From a virus, in the IMG/VR virus record IMGVR_UViG_3300042507_005574: a DNA stretch of 64,000 bases; one strand, 5' to 3'. Positions 41,658 through 49,626 of the stretch are shown here, in pieces (position 1 is the first letter of the stretch; each line of letters opens with the position of its first letter). The position numbers and the translations under genes are program-made. Below the pieces are notes generated by a model. The model did not search any database. It worked only from the letters and a program-made list of their open reading frames with translations, and was not told where the DNA came from.

Positions 41658-43025
41658 ATGGATCTAACCATTTCAGAAGCACTTCAAAAGAAGTGGAAGC
41701 CAATCTTGGAGCACCCCGAACTACCAGAAATCAAGGATGCTTACAAGAGAGCAGTAACAACCATGCTACTGGAAAACCAGGAGCAACACCTCAGGGAATC
41801 GGCCCCGACTAACTTCTCGGCAAACCTAGACGGCCCGACCACATCAAATGTGTCTCGTTGGGATCCGATCCTTATCTCGCTCGTTCGTCGGGCAATGCCG
41901 AACCTGATCGCCTATGATATCTGTGGCGTTCAGCCGATGAGTGGACCGACTGGCCTTATCTTCGCCATGCGTAGCCGCTACATCAACCAGACTGGTCCTG
42001 AGGCTCTGTATCAAGAAGCAGATACGGGCTTCGGTGGCTCAGGCTCAACGGGTACGACTGCCGATGGTGTCTATGACACTTCGACTTTCGCTGCAAACTC
42101 GTCGGGCGTTGATCCGTTCGAAACTGCAAACGGTCCTACGAAGCCAAACGGCAACGCATACGGTGGTCGTGGTTACCCCACGGTCAACGGCGAAGCCCTT
42201 GGTGATTCGGCTAACAACCCGTTCCCGCAGATGGCATTCAGCATCGAAAAGACCACGGTCGAAGCAAAGACCCGTGCTCTGAAGGCTGAGTACACGATGG
42301 AACTCGCACAAGACTTGAAGGCAATCCACGGTCTCGACGCTGAAACCGAACTTGCCAACATTCTGTCGAGCGAAATCCTCGCTGAAATCAACCGTGAAGT
42401 TGTTCGCACTCTGTATCAAACCGCTAAGTTGGGTGCCCGTTCGGGAACCACTCAAACCGCTGGTGTGTTTGACTTGAATGTTGACTCAAACGGTCGTTGG
42501 AGCGTTGAAAAGTTCAAGGGTCTGCTGTATCAGATTGAGCGTGAATGCAACATGATTGCTAAGGAAACTCGTCGTGGCAAGGGCAACTTCGTCCTTTGCT
42601 CGGCAGATGTTGCCTCGGCACTCAGCATGGCAGGCATCCTCGACTATGCACCGGCTCTCTCAACGAACCTGAATGTGGATGACACGGGCAACACCTTCGC
42701 TGGTGTGCTGAACGGTCGCCTCCGTGTGTACATCGATCCCTATGCATCGATGACAACTGCCCATGACTTCTTCATGGTTGGTTATAAGGGATCGTCGGCA
42801 TATGACGCAGGTATGTTCTACTGCCCGTATGTTCCTCTGCAAATGGTCCGTGCTGTCGGTGAGCAGTCATTCCAACCGAAGATCGGCTTCAAGACCCGTT
42901 ACGGTCTGGTGAACAACCCGTTCGCCACGATCTCGGGTGGAGTATCGGTTACGGATCCGACTGCCGCAGGAGCAAAGCGGTCTAACTGCTACTACCGTAT
43001 CGTGAAGGTCACGAACCTGTTCTGA
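41658..43025 (+). CDS. gp23: Major capsid protein gp23
   Basis: KWKPILEH, DPILISLVRRAMPNLIAYDICGVQPMSGPTGLIFAMR, RALKAEYTMELAQDLKAIHGLDAE, FQPKIGFKTRYG. Confidence 0.98.
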   Translation: MDLTISEALQKKWKPILEHPELPEIKDAYKRAVTTMLLENQEQHLRESAPTNFSANLDGPTTSNVSRWDPILISLVRRAMPNLIAYDICGVQPMSGPTGLIFAMRSRYINQTGPEALYQEADTGFGGSGSTGTTADGVYDTSTFAANSSGVDPFETANGPTKPNGNAYGGRGYPTVNGEALGDSANNPFPQMAFSIEKTTVEAKTRALKAEYTMELAQDLKAIHGLDAETELANILSSEILAEINREVVRTLYQTAKLGARSGTTQTAGVFDLNVDSNGRWSVEKFKGLLYQIERECNMIAKETRRGKGNFVLCSADVASALSMAGILDYAPALSTNLNVDDTGNTFAGVLNGRLRVYIDPYASMTTAHDFFMVGYKGSSAYDAGMFYCPYVPLQMVRAVGEQSFQPKIGFKTRYGLVNNPFATISGGVSVTDPTAAGAKRSNCYYRIVKVTNLF

Positions 43026-43063
43026 TCGGTTAAGGTCACCCTGTTTCACAGGGAATTTCGCTA

Positions 43064-43096
43064 GGGGCTGTGAGGAGAAATCTTCACAGCCCTTTT
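43064..43096 (+). terminator. Rho-independent terminator after gp23
   Basis: GGGCTGTGAGGA-GAAA-TCTTCACAGCCC followed by TTTT. Confidence 0.85.
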
Positions 43097-43105
43097 CATT
43101 TGATT

Positions 43106-43112
43106 CTAAATA
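43106..43112 (+). promoter_or_regulatory. Late promoter motif CTAAATA
   Basis: 6 nt upstream of ATG 43119, right after the terminator. Confidence 0.7.
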
Positions 43113-43118
43113 CTTAAA

Positions 43119-43676
43119 ATGACACCCTATGATTACAAGAAAAAAATTGTTCCCGAACTCATTCTTGATGGTTCTGTTGATTCAAGAAGAATTCCATTAA
43201 ATACAAATTTTGCATACGCCACCAATTTTCATTTAACAATTCCAAGAGTCAGTGAGGCAGTTTATTTTTGCACTGAGGTTGTGTTTCCTGATTTTTCGTG
43301 TGATGCTATCAGACTTCCCGCAAGATTTGCACCGACTCTTAAATTTTATGGGAACAAAGTCACACACGGAGATATGACTGTTAAATTCATAGTTAATGAA
43401 AATTACTCTAATTATAAACAAGCAGAAGACTGGTTTAAAACATCTTTGGTGTGGGAAGATTTTTTCAAAACTGGAGATGATTTTAAACAACTAAGTAATG
43501 TTGGTTATTTACTCATACTGTCAAATAAGAAAAATCCAATCGCAAGATTTACACTAAACGGTCTTTTTATTACTAATCTTACTAACATTGAGTATAATAA
43601 CGGATTAACAGATACTCCTGTTGCTACGGCGACAGCAACATTTCAATTCAGTACATATGATTTGGAAACAATCTGA
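43119..43676 (+). CDS. Tail completion / tube terminator gp3-like (copy 1)
   Basis: TNFHLTIPR...YFCT.V.FP, GDMTVKFIVNE...NY....W, LLILSN, F.T.L..IEY, ATATF.F..Y. Confidence 0.75.
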   Translation: MTPYDYKKKIVPELILDGSVDSRRIPLNTNFAYATNFHLTIPRVSEAVYFCTEVVFPDFSCDAIRLPARFAPTLKFYGNKVTHGDMTVKFIVNENYSNYKQAEDWFKTSLVWEDFFKTGDDFKQLSNVGYLLILSNKKNPIARFTLNGLFITNLTNIEYNNGLTDTPVATATATFQFSTYDLETI

Positions 43677-44218
43677 TGTCAATAAACAATTATAGTTTGA
43701 CCGGAGATTACGAGAGATTTGGAAGATTAAATGGTCAACCGATCAATAAAAATGCTGCTCTCACGACAAATTTTAGATTTTCACTGATCAAAGTTCCGAA
43801 TGTGACTTATTTTTGCACATCGATAACAACACCGACAAGCAACTCAAATCCGCTGTCATACGATTATATTACCGCAGCACCTTTAAAACTTCCTGGTGCA
43901 AAATCATCAACAGACATGTCTATAAGATTCATCATATCAGAAGACTTTAAAAACTACATGGAAATGGTCAAGTGGATTAGATCTGGAAGCCCATACAGAG
44001 ATTTTCAAGAAATTAAACCTGAGAACGAACTTGGATTAGGGGATGGGCAAATACTGTTACTGAACAACTCCAAGGTTCCATTGCAGATGATCACATTTAG
44101 AAATTTGATTCCAACTGTTTTATCTGGTTTTACACTATCAAATAGTGATGCAGATCCCCCTGTGCTTACTGCAACAGTGTCATTCGTCTACGACACATTT
44201 ACCGTTCAAACCCTTTAA
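43676..44218 (+). CDS. Tail completion / tube terminator gp3-like (copy 2)
   Basis: TNFRFSLIKVPNVTYFCT, DMSIRFIISED..NY.E...W, ILLLNN, P..LSG, LTATVSF.Y. Confidence 0.75.
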   Translation: MSINNYSLTGDYERFGRLNGQPINKNAALTTNFRFSLIKVPNVTYFCTSITTPTSNSNPLSYDYITAAPLKLPGAKSSTDMSIRFIISEDFKNYMEMVKWIRSGSPYRDFQEIKPENELGLGDGQILLLNNSKVPLQMITFRNLIPTVLSGFTLSNSDADPPVLTATVSFVYDTFTVQTL

Positions 44219-44299
44219 GGCTTTGGTTTTCTTGGATTTTTAGCAGATCCCTTTAATCTACCATCATTTGCTCTTATAGATTTCTTCGGTTTTTGCGGT

Positions 44300-44572
44300 T
44301 TAATTATCGTCTGTCTTCTCGGCATTTGAAACTTTCGGTAAGAATTCATCCAATGAATTGACGATTTTTATGTTGTTTGCGACAATATTTTTAGCATTGT
44401 CCAAGATGTCATTTGGACAATTTTCAATTCGTCCTAACTTTTTCATAGTCTTGACGAGTTCTAGAGTATTCTTTTCATAGAATTGCTTCATTGATAATAT
44501 TTTTTCCTCTCTCTCCTTGATTGGTAGTGATCTAAACCACTCAAATAATTGTAACAAGGATTTATCATCCAT
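44300..44572 (-). CDS. Hypothetical protein
   Basis: 90-aa ORF with GGAG upstream, coupled to the upstream ORF. Confidence 0.55.
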   Translation of the reverse strand: MDDKSLLQLFEWFRSLPIKEREEKILSMKQFYEKNTLELVKTMKKLGRIENCPNDILDNAKNIVANNIKIVNSLDEFLPKVSNAEKTDDN

Positions 44573-44774
44573 TCTTTTTTTCTCCGAATAAATGAAGCGT
44601 TAGAATGCCCTCTCTATGCTCCAAACTGACTAGGACTTTATCCCATCCTTGAGACTTTGCAAGATCTACTTCTATCTTGCATATCCTGTAAAAGACTTCA
44701 GGAACAAACTCACGGCCTAACTTGTATGTTGCCGTTCTAATGTGCTTTCTATTTGGGGAGTTTGTTTCTGACAT
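44565..44774 (-). CDS. Hypothetical protein (start at ATG 44774)
   Basis: ORF preceded by TATAAACA motif. Confidence 0.5.
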   Translation of the reverse strand: MSETNSPNRKHIRTATYKLGREFVPEVFYRICKIEVDLAKSQGWDKVLVSLEHREGILTLHLFGEKKNG

Positions 44775-44856
44775 GATAGTGTTTATACAACAGACAATCA
44801 ACTATAACTTTAAAAGTTCCAATACTTTCTTTTCTGCAATGCAAGAATTAAGATTC

Positions 44857-44863
44857 ATAAATA
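44857..44863 (+). promoter_or_regulatory. Late promoter motif ATAAATA
   Basis: Upstream of the + strand membrane protein pair. Confidence 0.55.
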
Positions 44864-44899
44864 TTTAAGTGGTATTGATTCTTTACGGAAAGGTTATGT

Positions 44900-45337
44900 A
44901 TGTTCGCACCTGAACTCATATCATTGATCGCCGGATCTGCTGTCGGGTTTATCTTTCGATATATGGCCCAACGGGCACAAGATCAGAAAGAAATGTTTGT
45001 TCGACTTATGGATGCCAATAAGAGAACAACAGAAAACCAAGATAAAGCGGCGGAAAGAGTTCCTATTGATGTGGGCAAGGGAGTCAGACAGTTGATTGTT
45101 TTGTCTGTACTGTTTGGAACTTTACTGGCACCATTTATTCTTCCGTTCTTCGGTGTCCCAACATTTGTAGAAGTAGACACAACTACATCAGAAAAACTTT
45201 TCGGTCTTATCCCATCTTCAGCGAAAAAGTATTTTGTTGAGGTGAATGGATTTGTATATGCATCTGAGACTAGACAAATTCTAGTCAGTATTGTTGGGTT
45301 CTACTTTGGATCTGCTGCTGCGGCGAATAAAAATTAA
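44900..45337 (+). CDS. Holin-like membrane protein
   Basis: About three hydrophobic segments; C-terminal SIVGFYFGS motif reminiscent of 3TM holins. Confidence 0.55.
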   Translation: MFAPELISLIAGSAVGFIFRYMAQRAQDQKEMFVRLMDANKRTTENQDKAAERVPIDVGKGVRQLIVLSVLFGTLLAPFILPFFGVPTFVEVDTTTSEKLFGLIPSSAKKYFVEVNGFVYASETRQILVSIVGFYFGSAAAANKN

Positions 45338-45349
45338 GGAAATAAAAAC

Positions 45350-45751
45350 ATGAACATCAAACTACTATCGTTTTTCGCCCTTCTTCTGCTCGGCTCATGC
45401 TGCACAGCACCTGAAATCATTCCCTCTGTTTCACAAGATTCTGTAATCATGATGAGTTTAAAGGAACAGATTAAAGACAATAACAAAATTGAAACTGGAT
45501 GGGGATGGATTGCTTGGTATTTTCCGGTACTTCTTTTAGTAGGTGCTTGGACTTGGAGAGAATTGATTAAGAAACCATTCGTGTGTGAGACATGCGAATT
45601 TGAGAGAACTAAAGCAGCGAATGCTTTTAGAAAACTCAAATCCAATGAAGAAAAGGCCAAGGCTGAATCAGCCAAGGCCGATAAGGATTCTGACGAAAAG
45701 AAGGATCAGGAAAAGACAGAAACTACTCAAACAAGTTCTATCACTAATTGA
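45350..45751 (+). CDS. Predicted lipoprotein with an additional TM segment
   Basis: Lipobox LGSC at C17; hydrophobic WGWIAWYFPVLLLVGAWTW; CETC; charged tail. Confidence 0.6.
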   Translation: MNIKLLSFFALLLLGSCCTAPEIIPSVSQDSVIMMSLKEQIKDNNKIETGWGWIAWYFPVLLLVGAWTWRELIKKPFVCETCEFERTKAANAFRKLKSNEEKAKAESAKADKDSDEKKDQEKTETTQTSSITN

Positions 45752-45989
45752 ACTTGAGGGTGGCGTATCCCTGACGGATGAGTTCTTTCCACATCATTCG
45801 GGCATAGGTCTTGGACATCGTAGCGTAGTAGTTCCAAACGCCACTGGTCTTATTCCCACGCCAAACGAAGACGGAAACCAATTCATTGTTGTCATCAGAC
45901 GGAGAAATACGAATTCGCTTCTTACCGTCAGGGGAAACGAGTCCTGAGTCTTGTGGAGTCAAACGAGGATTAGGGGAAGTTCCGTTCAC
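45744..45989 (-). CDS. Hypothetical protein (ARxxWxxL motif family)
   Basis: GTG start 6 nt downstream of TATACT; YARMMWKELIRQGY. Confidence 0.65.
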   Translation of the reverse strand: MNGTSPNPRLTPQDSGLVSPDGKKRIRISPSDDNNELVSVFVWRGNKTSGVWNYYATMSKTYARMMWKELIRQGYATLKFN

Positions 45990-45995
45990 GGTTCA

Positions 45996-46024
45996 AGTAT
46001 AACGATTATAAATCCTTTTGTCAA
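45996..46024 (-). promoter_or_regulatory. Sigma70-type early promoter
   Basis: TTGACA-17-TATACT. Confidence 0.85.
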
Positions 46025-46071
46025 GCCCTATAGGGAATATTTTTGAATCGCAAAGGCGGTCTAGCCGCCTC

Positions 46072-46494
46072 CTAGAGGCCGTCTGCGGGAACCCACCCGC
46101 TGCCCCCTATGGAATCCCCGTCCTCACACAGGGCATCCTGCGCCTCCGTTTGGGACTTCCTGTAACTGTCCATGGCAGTCCTCTTATCAAAGAACGGTCC
46201 CATAACTTTACCGCTACTGTGATTCCAAACCCAACCTAGGTGTCTTGCGCTGTAGTAGATAACATCTTGTCCCATGGAAGGATCCATGCACCTCATATGG
46301 GAGATTTCAACATGGTCTGAAATGATGTTATTGGCATCATATTCCATGGGAAAGTGCTTGAGTAATCTAATTGCATTCTTTCGTACCGCACTCGGAATTT
46401 TCTTAACATAGTCAGGGCGACTAGGGTCACAGAGAGAAAGCAGAAAGTTCCTTGTGTTCACCATGGAAATGTATTGTTCGTATGGAAGTGTCAT
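46072..46494 (-). CDS. Conserved-type phage hypothetical protein
   Basis: MTLPYE......TR.FL..L.DP....IP..VR..A..LLKHFP pattern seen in phage genomes. Confidence 0.7.
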   Translation of the reverse strand: MTLPYEQYISMVNTRNFLLSLCDPSRPDYVKKIPSAVRKNAIRLLKHFPMEYDANNIISDHVEISHMRCMDPSMGQDVIYYSARHLGWVWNHSSGKVMGPFFDKRTAMDSYRKSQTEAQDALCEDGDSIGGSGWVPADGL

Positions 46495-46500
46495 ATGACT

Positions 46501-46528
46501 ATTTTATCCTGCTTTTGATGGAAGTCAA
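46501..46528 (-). promoter_or_regulatory. Sigma70-type promoter
   Basis: TTGACT-16-TAAAAT, 6 nt before ATG 46494. Confidence 0.7.
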
Positions 46529-46534
46529 GAGTAT

Positions 46535-46574
46535 AAAAAGAACCCCCTGCACAATTCCGGCTGTGCAGGGGGTC
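46535..46574 (-). terminator. Rho-independent terminator closing the candidate ncRNA
   Basis: GACCCCCTGCACAG-CCGGAA-TTGTGCAGGGGGTT-CTTTTT on the minus strand. Confidence 0.88.
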
Positions 46575-46824
46575 TCGGGATTCTCGCACCACCCCTTTAT
46601 AATTACGGCTCTTTGCCCCGTAGTGCGAGTACGGAACTGACTGACGGCAGTTGCAACTGCCGATTTTACACCAGAGAGTGAAGTCTAGAATACACTCCCA
46701 AGCGTCAGATGCCATCTGACTGAATATCAGTCAACGCTTCGTGCTTAATGGCCTATTTTACTTCGCACGAACGAAGGTGACTAGCCTTGGCGAACCTTGG
46801 CAGGGGCGAACCCTTTTCGTCACA
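46535..46824 (-). ncRNA. Candidate structured non-coding RNA (~290 nt), family unknown
   Basis: Bounded by its own sigma70 promoter and terminator; dense stems with UUCG loops; no credible ORF. Confidence 0.7.
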
Positions 46825-46829
46825 CCCCT

Positions 46830-46857
46830 AGTATAGCGTCTTGCCCACCTTTGTCAA
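46830..46857 (-). promoter_or_regulatory. Sigma70-type promoter driving the candidate ncRNA
   Basis: TTGACA-16-TATACT. Confidence 0.8.
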
Positions 46858-46907
46858 TACCCTATGTCTAAATTTTTGGAGGTTTGGTTATCGGTCACTT
46901 GTCAAAT

Positions 46908-46941
46908 AAAGAAGGCTGTGAAGATTTCTCCTCACAGCCCT
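46908..46941 (-). terminator. Terminator after gmd; 27-bp core identical to the gp23 terminator
   Basis: Minus strand GGGCTGTGAGGAGAAATCTTCACAGCC-TTCTTT. Confidence 0.8.
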
Positions 46942-46993
46942 GGCCCACTTCTACACTCCTTGTCTGGAGCCTTGGACAAGGTAAAATTTTTGG

Positions 46994-48019
46994 TCACTCA
47001 ACAAGAGCAGGCGCAGATCCTTGCATCTGTTTAGTGAGTAATGCCGAATCATATTTATACATGATCTTCGCAAGAAGTTTCATATCCACCTTGGGCTTCC
47101 ATCCAAGAACTCGTTTTGCCTTCGATGGGTCACCAAGAAGGAAAGGAACTTCATTCGGTCGGAAGTACTTGGGGTCGATGACAACATACTTGTTCCAATC
47201 AAGTCCTGCCTCTTCGAAGACTGCATCCAAGAATTCACGAACGCTATGTGTCCTCTGAGTTGCGATCACATAATCATCTCCCTCTGGCTGTTGAAGCATG
47301 AGCCACATGGCCTCAACATAGTCCTCTGCATACCCCCAATCACGAAGAGCATCAATATTTCCAAGACGCAACTCAGACTGCAATCCCATCTTGATTCTTG
47401 CAGCAGCCATGGTGATTTTACGAGTTACGAATGTCTCACCACGACGAGGACTCTCATGATTGAAAAGAATGCCAGTCGATGCATGGAGACCATATGCATT
47501 TCGATAAACCCGTGTCATGTGATGAGCATGAAGTTTGGCTACGGCATATGGAGATACAGGCATCATGATGCTGTTCTCATTGTACCCATATCGCTCATCA
47601 TAATCCTTACTATCGCCAAACATCTCAGATGATGATGCTTGGTAGAAACGGGTATTTGGACTAAAGGTACGAATTGCCTCAAGAATCTTTAGTGTTCCCG
47701 ACGCAATACCGTCTGATGTATATTCAGGAATATCAAATGATACTGCCACATGTGACTGTGCAGCAAGATTGTAGAATTCATCAGGTTTATGTGTCATGAT
47801 GATATGAGCGATGGCAGATCCATCAGTCAGATCAAAGTGATACATCTTGAATTTTGAATGATGAAAAAGATGATCGATTCTCGTCGTACTGATTGATGAT
47901 GTACGACGCTTTAACCCGATCACTGTGTATCCCTTCGCCAACAACATATCAGCGAGATACGATCCATCCTGACCATTGACACCAGTAATTACTGCAACTC
48001 TGTCTTCGCAATTTTTCAT
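46994..48019 (-). CDS. gmd: GDP-mannose 4,6-dehydratase
   Basis: ITGVNGQDGSYLA, YNLAAQSHVAVSF, RFYQASSSEMFG, SPYAVAK, GILFNHESPRRGETFVTRKIT, LGNIDALRDWG. Confidence 0.97.
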   Translation of the reverse strand: MKNCEDRVAVITGVNGQDGSYLADMLLAKGYTVIGLKRRTSSISTTRIDHLFHHSKFKMYHFDLTDGSAIAHIIMTHKPDEFYNLAAQSHVAVSFDIPEYTSDGIASGTLKILEAIRTFSPNTRFYQASSSEMFGDSKDYDERYGYNENSIMMPVSPYAVAKLHAHHMTRVYRNAYGLHASTGILFNHESPRRGETFVTRKITMAAARIKMGLQSELRLGNIDALRDWGYAEDYVEAMWLMLQQPEGDDYVIATQRTHSVREFLDAVFEEAGLDWNKYVVIDPKYFRPNEVPFLLGDPSKAKRVLGWKPKVDMKLLAKIMYKYDSALLTKQMQGSAPALVE

Positions 48020-48037
48020 GTTTACCTTTATGTTAAA

Positions 48038-48307
48038 TCATAGAGCATCCGATGACATTTTTTGCCATCTGTCTTGACGGAGGCTTTCATTCTCAAGAAT
48101 GATACTCTCTAGTTCCTTGAGAACCTTTCGGAATGCTGCTCGTTCCTTTTCTCCATACGCTTCCTTGTCGTTAATGCATTCTTGGAGAAATTTGATTGAA
48201 TCAAACTTGGGCTTATTCTTAGGCTTGGGCTTTGGCCTATCCCAATCAATATGCAAACCCTTCTTGAGTCCGTTTGATGTACGAGTGTTGCGATAATTGG
48301 ACATCAT
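48038..48307 (-). CDS. Hypothetical protein
   Basis: 89-aa ORF; TAATG coupling with upstream gene. Confidence 0.6.
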   Translation of the reverse strand: MMSNYRNTRTSNGLKKGLHIDWDRPKPKPKNKPKFDSIKFLQECINDKEAYGEKERAAFRKVLKELESIILENESLRQDRWQKMSSDAL

Positions 48308-48561
48308 TAGTTTTGTCCCTCATCTTCGTGACAATCATCGTCATCTCCGTCCTCAATGAATTCATCGTCATCATCCCAATCAGGGACATCAACAAGATGA
48401 TCGTCAATCAGATCATCGTCATTGAGGGGTTCACCGCAACGGGCAATGTGAGTTTCATTCATGATGAGTTGTGCGTGAAGGCGATCAAGTGTTTCAAAAT
48501 AGAGCATAGGTATGGGGTACTCCTGTTTGAGTAAGTATAACAACTTCCCCATGTAATTCAA
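48307..48561 (-). CDS. Hypothetical protein with acidic C-terminus
   Basis: Asp-rich tail; packed in the minus-strand operon. Confidence 0.55.
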   Translation of the reverse strand: MNYMGKLLYLLKQEYPIPMLYFETLDRLHAQLIMNETHIARCGEPLNDDDLIDDHLVDVPDWDDDDEFIEDGDDDDCHEDEGQN

Positions 48562-48597
48562 GGGAGAAATTGAGATAATGCAAAAATTATTTTACAG

Positions 48598-48801
48598 TTA
48601 TTCGGATATACTTGATGCTATCATCCAAGCCCCAAAGGGGTCGGATTGCTTTAGTAACCTTTTAGCCTTTCTTAAGGCTTCTTCTTGTTTTCTCACTTGA
48701 TTGAGAGTTCGCTTCATGACTTTCTGAAGCCGTCGAATCTCGTCGTTTGCCATCTCGGCATAGTAACCCGATTCTCTAGGAGTCATAGATTCTGCATCCA
48801 T
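48598..48801 (-). CDS. Hypothetical coiled-coil protein
   Basis: AGGAGG RBS upstream. Confidence 0.65.
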   Translation of the reverse strand: MDAESMTPRESGYYAEMANDEIRRLQKVMKRTLNQVRKQEEALRKAKRLLKQSDPFGAWMIASSISE

Positions 48802-48863
48802 GTCAGTTCCCTCCTATAGTGTTTATGTAAGATAGCATTCACAAGATCTAGTATTTTTCCAAG

Positions 48864-48870
48864 ATAAATA
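48864..48870 (+). promoter_or_regulatory. Late promoter motif ATAAATA
   Basis: 5 nt before ATG 48876. Confidence 0.6.
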
Positions 48871-48875
48871 AATGC

Positions 48876-49241
48876 ATGGAACCCTCATCCCAAGATACCA
48901 CTAGAAGTGCGGTGGAGCAATTTCTTCTTAGTTATGGGATTGATATTGGATTTTTAATTTCTGGTTTTTTTGGTGCTTTGCTCCTCGTACCCAAAAACTC
49001 AGCCCAAAGAGTCGGCTCAACGATAGCATCTCTTTTAGCAGGAACGGCTTGCGCTAATTACTTAACGCCTGTGGTTATGAGTGCGCTTCCTGCTGCTGTG
49101 CAAACAAATGGAAAATATGCAGTTGCATTTGTAATGGGATTCATGGGCCTCAAAGGTTTAGAAATTGTGATCAACCGATATTTTGTGCATGAAATAGCCG
49201 CCAAGAAAACGGTTAGAAAATCAAAACTCAAAAGGAAATGA
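48876..49241 (+). CDS. Holin-like 3-TM membrane protein
   Basis: GFFGALL, SLLAGTACANYLTP, AVAFVMGFMGLKGLE; basic C-terminal tail. Confidence 0.65.
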   Translation: MEPSSQDTTRSAVEQFLLSYGIDIGFLISGFFGALLLVPKNSAQRVGSTIASLLAGTACANYLTPVVMSALPAAVQTNGKYAVAFVMGFMGLKGLEIVINRYFVHEIAAKKTVRKSKLKRK

Positions 49242-49244
49242 ATC

Positions 49245-49583
49245 ATGGACTGGTTAATGCAAAATAAATTATGGTTGAACTTTGCATGTAATTCTATTAT
49301 GACAATTTCGTTTTTGTCTTTTCTTCTTTTTGTTTTTGGCCGCAGCAATTCGATAGTACATAAATTTAGCCTACCTAAATCTTTAGCACTAAAAGCAGGA
49401 CTTTCTCTCTGTGCTACCGGTTCTTTATACAATGCAATTACATTTAGTGATCCTCCACTATCTGAGGTAGTATTGAATTCAGGTTTGGCTGTTCTCTTTA
49501 CATGGGCAGCGTTGTTTCACCATGAAAGATTTGTAACACCTGTGCGTCCTAAAAATGCAAAGAAAAGGCAGTACAAGAAATAA
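49245..49583 (+). CDS. 3-TM membrane protein
   Basis: Three hydrophobic segments, basic tail, AAGGA RBS. Confidence 0.65.
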   Translation: MDWLMQNKLWLNFACNSIMTISFLSFLLFVFGRSNSIVHKFSLPKSLALKAGLSLCATGSLYNAITFSDPPLSEVVLNSGLAVLFTWAALFHHERFVTPVRPKNAKKRQYKK

Positions 49584-49597
49584 TTCTTGCACTGCCT
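49558..49597 (-). terminator. Terminator between convergent genes
   Basis: Minus strand AGGCAGTGCAAGAA-TTAT-TTCTTGTACTGCCT-TTTCTTTT. Confidence 0.7.
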
Positions 49598-49626
49598 GAA
49601 TCCCCATCGGGGAGTTTTAATTACCT

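Noticed and set aside
46491-46715. 74-aa minus-strand ORF, and a 21-aa GTG ORF at 46758-46823, over the candidate ncRNA
   Set aside because: The long ORF lacks an RBS and runs through the terminator and the next promoter. The short ORF starts near +1 and cannot be fully excluded, but base-pairing density explains the sequence better.
46535-46829. tmRNA, RNase P, SRP or hammerhead identity for the structured RNA
   Set aside because: No tRNA-like T-arm/CCA end, tag reading frame, GAGGAAAGUCC, SRP loop or CUGAUGA core found by eye.
46900-46905. TTGACA on the minus strand just after the gmd terminator
   Set aside because: No -10 element at 16-18 bp spacing.
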